Origin: Eutreptiella sp. 'Long Island Sound 2002'
Lineage: Eukaryota; Protista; Euglenida
Length of the DNA: 64,000 bases
Direction: 5' to 3'
Assembly (NCBI GenBank): GCA_964036045.1
Contig: OZ038378.1
Coordinates: 9,982,001 to 10,046,000, forward strand
Notes under the pieces: generated by a model
The model's database searches: none
The model's input: only the letters and a program-made list of their open reading frames with translations
What the model was told of the DNA's origin: nothing
In this document: piece by piece, positions 59,439 through 64,000 of the stretch
Position numbering within the stretch: position 1 is the stretch's first letter
How the letters are laid out: each line of letters begins with the position of its first letter
Position numbers and translations under genes: made by a program

Positions 59439-62400
59439 ATTTGCTGGCGCCTGCTTCCTACAGAAAGGCGCCTATTGGCGTTGAACATGTCTTTTGTTTG
59501 ACTCCAACTGACGAGGATTCACACTCAGCCACTATTGTTGTGCTGTGTTTCGCAATTGTGTGTGTGTGTGTGTGTGCATGTGTGCGTGTGTGCGTGTGTG
59601 TGCATTTGCATGGGCATCGTGTGTGGAAACTTCACTGCGCCGGTCTCGGACTGAGTCTGTGGTCGATTATGAGGCTCTGAGTCCAGCGCGGGGCAGCCTA
59701 TGGTACAGGCCACCGACGGACTGGGTCTTTTGGGCTACATGCCTGTCAGGTGTTGGACATTCTCCCATCCCATCCCACCCCCCTCCCCGAGCGCCGTTTT
59801 TTTGTGCACCCATGGGGACCCATTTAGTGGCCCCTAGGCCCATGTAGCGCAGGCCATGGGCGCGCCAAAATTGCTGCTGTTTAGGCTGTTTCGTGGCACC
59901 TTGTAATTTTGGAAAGTTTTCACTTTTTCTGCAACCCTACTGTCGCCTCTGGGATGGGTTTGGGTGATCATTTTTTAGTTGGGGGGGTCAAAACGGGGGC
60001 TGAGGGGGGGTCAAATGCTGGAGGAGACAAAGCGCTTTTGAAGGGCAGGCACTGCCGATGTCTTGCCCTTTCCCACGGGGGGGGGGGGGGGGGGGGCTAG
60101 CCCAAGAGGCAGACACTCGTGCGCCATGGGACAGAGGACTGTGGGATTTGAACTCAGCAGAGTGGCAAACCACCTCATACAACTAAAGCATCTACCACTG
60201 AGCAAACCCCAAGTATGACATACAGTGACTAACAGGTGACTGATAGTTTGGACGCTATTTGCCAAACAAAATCCTGACCCGCCGTACGCCTACCCCCTAC
60301 CTGGGGAGGGGAGGTGTTCTAGGGCTGGCACCCACTGCCTGAAAAAAGGCAGGTATGCAACCCCCGTAGGGTACCCGACCCACTACCTTGGGCTGCAGGT
60401 GCATGGGATTGCTTGTGTGGGCTTGGCATTCATGTGTTTCTCGTTGTTGCGCCCGTTCGACTGTGTATTGCATGTCTCTGCTGTGGCGACCCTGGAATTC
60501 GCAGCCTTAGCAATATGCATTACCATCAGACAATCTAGTCGGGGCTGAACCAACCCAAAGGCGTCAGCACCTCATCGTGCGCCTGGACAGGGGTTGTAGG
60601 AGGGGATGGAGATGGGGGGATGGGGGGACCCCTGGGGTATGGGCAGCATTGCTTCATTGATGGGACTTATTGCTGGTCCAACCATGAGAACTCGCTGTAA
60701 CGAGACACCGCTTTCCCCCAATTTGTGGCCAACATGTCTTGTAACCCAAAACATTTTCGTTTGTGCACACGTGCTCCCCTAGTGCCCCTTTGTGCCCCCC
60801 ATGAGGGGCGCTTATGTGTCAGGCCGGACACAGCCCCCCCTCCCCCTCTGGAACCCCCACACCAATTTGTGGCAATACTGCCAATTTGGGTGCCATTGGT
60901 GCAGGGAAATTTTTTTTGGCCTTTGGTGAAAAGGTCGGGAAATTGGTTCCACCCAATGTGTTTATACACAAAATGCTCCAATTTGAATGGTGGGTTCAAA
61001 TCTTTCATCCCCGACCCCACCACCTTGGCTTGGGGTGATGTCGCCATATGGATTTTTCCCGACCATGGGGACCTGGAGAAGGCATGGATTGTGTAGCCAT
61101 ATTGGTTTCCCCCCACTATGGGGACCGTAAGAAGGCAGGGGTTATGTAGGATGGAGGAGCAGAGGCAGGACCACATGCAAACAATGGGATGAAAACCATG
61201 TATCAAATTGCAGTTGTTGATGTTGCGTTGTGTCTTAACCTTTTGCTTCCTAGGGTGCCTTTGCTAGTCAGATTGAAACAGGGATTTCAAAAATGCCCCC
61301 AAAACTCGAAAAAAATTGACGCCCCCCCTCCCCCCCTTGGACAGCCCTGCCCATGCCCGCAGGGGCAGGGTCTGGAACTGAACTGAACCGCCCACCATGG
61401 TGCGCCCCAAAAACCAATTGCCCTTGGGCATAAACCCTCCTGAATTCTTGCTTGTGAAGGTGATAGGGGGTGCCGCCATTGGGAGATCCCCCAGTCCTCA
61501 GAAAACCCTTTGGTGGTGCATGTCACACCCTAGCACCCGTGCATGGCACTTAGGACTCCATCACACAGCACACAAGCACACAGGAAAACACCATATTGCA
61601 CTGCAGCACACAGCACAACGCATATATGATTGCAGCACACAGCACACGGCATGCGGGGTTACAGTACGCATCACATTGAAAGACAAGCCCACCGCCCATC
61701 ATAGCACATAGTTACGATGCAGCACACGGCACACATGATGTTAGCACACAACGAGCAGAAGTACAGAACATCAGCAGACAGCACGCAGCACACAGCACAT
61801 AGAGTCTGCCACACAGAGCACACAAAATTACAGCACACGGCGCAAAGGATAATAGCACACAGCAGGCACACACAGCACATAGGGTTGCAATGCACAGAAC
61901 ATAGGACTGCAGCGCACAGCGCATGGGCGCTTGATGCCATCATTCGAATATTCACGTTTGCAGACCGTTGTGCAGGAGTGCAATCTGGGGCATTCAATGG
62001 TGCATGCTCAGCTGCAGGAACGGGCTTGCCCAGGGGACATCATCCGCATGATCCCACGGGTCACCCCCCTGCCCTGCTCTGCGGATGACACGGCGGAAGG
62101 TGAGACCCCAGGGTCTCTGCGGTGCTATATGTACTTGTACGATTTCCTGCCCTCTCTGGACGTGGTGCTGTTGGATCGGGCCCCGATGGACCTTGTGGAC
62201 CCAGAGAAGACTGTGTTCCAAGGTATTGTATGCTTTTGTGTATCAGTGGACCCCAGTGCAGTGCAACAGAGCCATTGCTGCCACACCTTGCACCACACTG
62301 CCCCACACGCCACCACACACTGCTTCCCACACACTGTCCCACCTGCTGCCCCAACCACCCACGTCACATACTTCCCCTCACTGCCACCGCACGCTGCACC

Positions 62401-62958
62401 ACAAGCTGTGCCACACACTGCCTCACACATTGCCCACACCGCCCGGTACTACCCCACACACCGCGCCACTACGCACAGCCCCACACACTGCCACCACTCG
62501 CTGCTACCACCACATACTGCCCCCCACCCTCCACCACCATCCACTGCCGCACACACTGCAACACATATTGCCACCATACACTGACCCCAAAAGTGCCGCA
62601 CGCACTGCCCCACCCACTTCCATCACACACTGCCCCACCCACTTCCATCACACACTGCCCCACACAACGCCAAATATCGCCACCACACGCTGCCACCACA
62701 CTTTGCCCCACGCATTGCCCCACGCAGGCCCACACACTGCCGCCGTTGACTGCCCCACACACTCCACCACCAGATTCCTCTACTTCGTTTTCAGGCACTG
62801 GGGGCGTCGTGGAGATTGAGAAAGGGTTCCTGAGTTGGAACGACTGCGAGACCGACGAGACAGTAATGCTTGAGCATTTCAAGCTTTTCTTCTGCAGCAC
62901 AGACTGCAGCCCCATCGGCCTCATGCGCCACTACACGGAGGAGACCCCTCGACAGCAG
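59173..62958 (+). CDS. Further probable exons of the same gene (~59173-59324, ~61979-62222, ~62795-62958); link to 58853 unresolved
   Basis: GC3-rich open frames with cag|...|gt borders; 62222 to 62795 is phase-1 compatible (TVFQG|TGGVVEIEK). The phase between 58853 and 59173 could not be reconciled. Confidence 0.5.
59404..59602 (+). repeat. (GT)n microsatellites
   Basis: Directly visible at 59404-59438 and 59557-59602. Confidence 0.95.
60130..60210 (-). other. tRNA-like pseudogene or SINE head with Pol III A and B boxes
   Basis: Minus strand GGGGTTTGCTCAGTGGTAGA (A box) ... GAGTTCAAATCCC (B box) at tRNA-like spacing; the stems do not pair properly. Confidence 0.5.
61550..62770 (+). repeat. 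CA-rich degenerate repeats (cacagcac; cacactgcccc) in introns at ~61550-61920 and ~62280-62770
   Basis: Directly visible low-complexity periodicity. Confidence 0.8.
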
Positions 62959-64000
62959 GGTCAGCGGGTAGATTGGTGCTCATACTCCCTTACATTCCGC
63001 CTGCAGCCTGACCCTGTGGATGCATGATTGCAGCCCCACACAGCCGCAGGCGTAGCTGCGTACCCAAACACAGATAGAAACACAGATATAGACACAGACA
63101 CGGACACGGACACATCTCTTGTGCTTGACTTCTCCTTCCTGCCATCCACTTCTCAGGGCTGCCAACCGCACGGCATCGCTTTGTGGCGTGGGGTGTTACA
63201 GTGCGTAGTGATGTATCTGTGGCATCCTGCCACTCGCCACCACACTGAGTGTAACTGCAATAACCAGTTCCGATTCAGTATGTGTGTGTTGATGCCTCAG
63301 GCAGCGAAATGCATGACCTGCTACTTCTCTTGCCCGGATTTTCTGCATTGTTGCCCATTGTTGTTGTGCCATGCAGTCCCCCCCTCATGCACCACGCCCC
63401 TTGGTACCATGCCCCCATTCCCATGCACCATGCCCCTGAGCATCCTACCGCCCATATCATACTGGTGACCACTCAAGGAAGTGCCCCACTGCGAATGTGT
63501 GTCGCTCAATGGGGCACTTCTGGTGAGACGATTGCGTTGGAAGGTTTCAGGGCACTGTCGCAAGGGAGGGCAGGGGCTCGGGGGGGGGGGGGGACCGCAC
63601 ACTCGGAGGAAAGGGCGGCTCTTTTCGTTTCCTCGCTGTTTTCGTCCTCATCCGGTCCGCCTGCAGGCCAGCCCCATGGGGGGTCCTTGATTCCATCGCA
63701 TGGCACAGTGCAGCACCAAACTGCTGGTGATGTGAGGGAGGGACAGGGAATGATGATAACCAATGATTAATCAGGAGGCCTCTCTCATGCCGGCGGGCCC
63801 CGGTGTCAGGCACAGGGGCCTGCCTTGTTAGGACCATAGGCCCTGTGCCATCATCCCAGGACTGCCGGGGCTGGTCATCAGTCAACAGTCCCCAGTCTTG
63901 GCAGGCTGTGCCTTGCCACTTGGGGAGAATCCCCCCCTGCCCCGCCCCCTTCTCCTCTTGCCCTTGGTCCATGTGGAGATCCTTTCGGCTTTCAGTCGGA

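Overview
Eukaryotic nuclear DNA with GC3-rich exons inside large, repeat-dense GT-AG introns. The repeat families and TTAGGG-like motifs look euglenid (Eutreptiella/Euglena-like); this comes from pattern recall and is not verified. Most of the window (about 15.5 to at least 58.9 kb, probably past 63 kb) is one giant + strand spliced gene. I stitched 17 exons (15516-58853) with phase-compatible GT-AG junctions into 7350 nt (2450 codons); neither the start nor the stop codon is identified. The domain order is: caspase/metacaspase with His/Cys dyad, Pro-rich linker, about 7 ankyrin repeats, C3HC4 RING, two tandem type III secretion chaperone (CesT-like) domains, a catalytically dead caspase, a beta-rich caspase-associated region, a coiled coil, a U-box, then an unrecognised C-terminal region. 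I do not recognise this architecture from any described protein; it may be an effector-sensing protease/ubiquitin signalling scaffold. Its introns hold a 5'-truncated RNase H-bearing LINE embedded in (CACCA)n, four hAT-type MITEs with 8-bp TSDs (one carrying a telomere-repeat hairpin), a ~1.15-kb element in a three-copy tandem array separated by CCCTAA-like spacers, an inverted intronic repeat pair and many micro/minisatellites. The first 10 kb contain a decayed Penelope-like remnant and a poorly resolved minus-strand gene.
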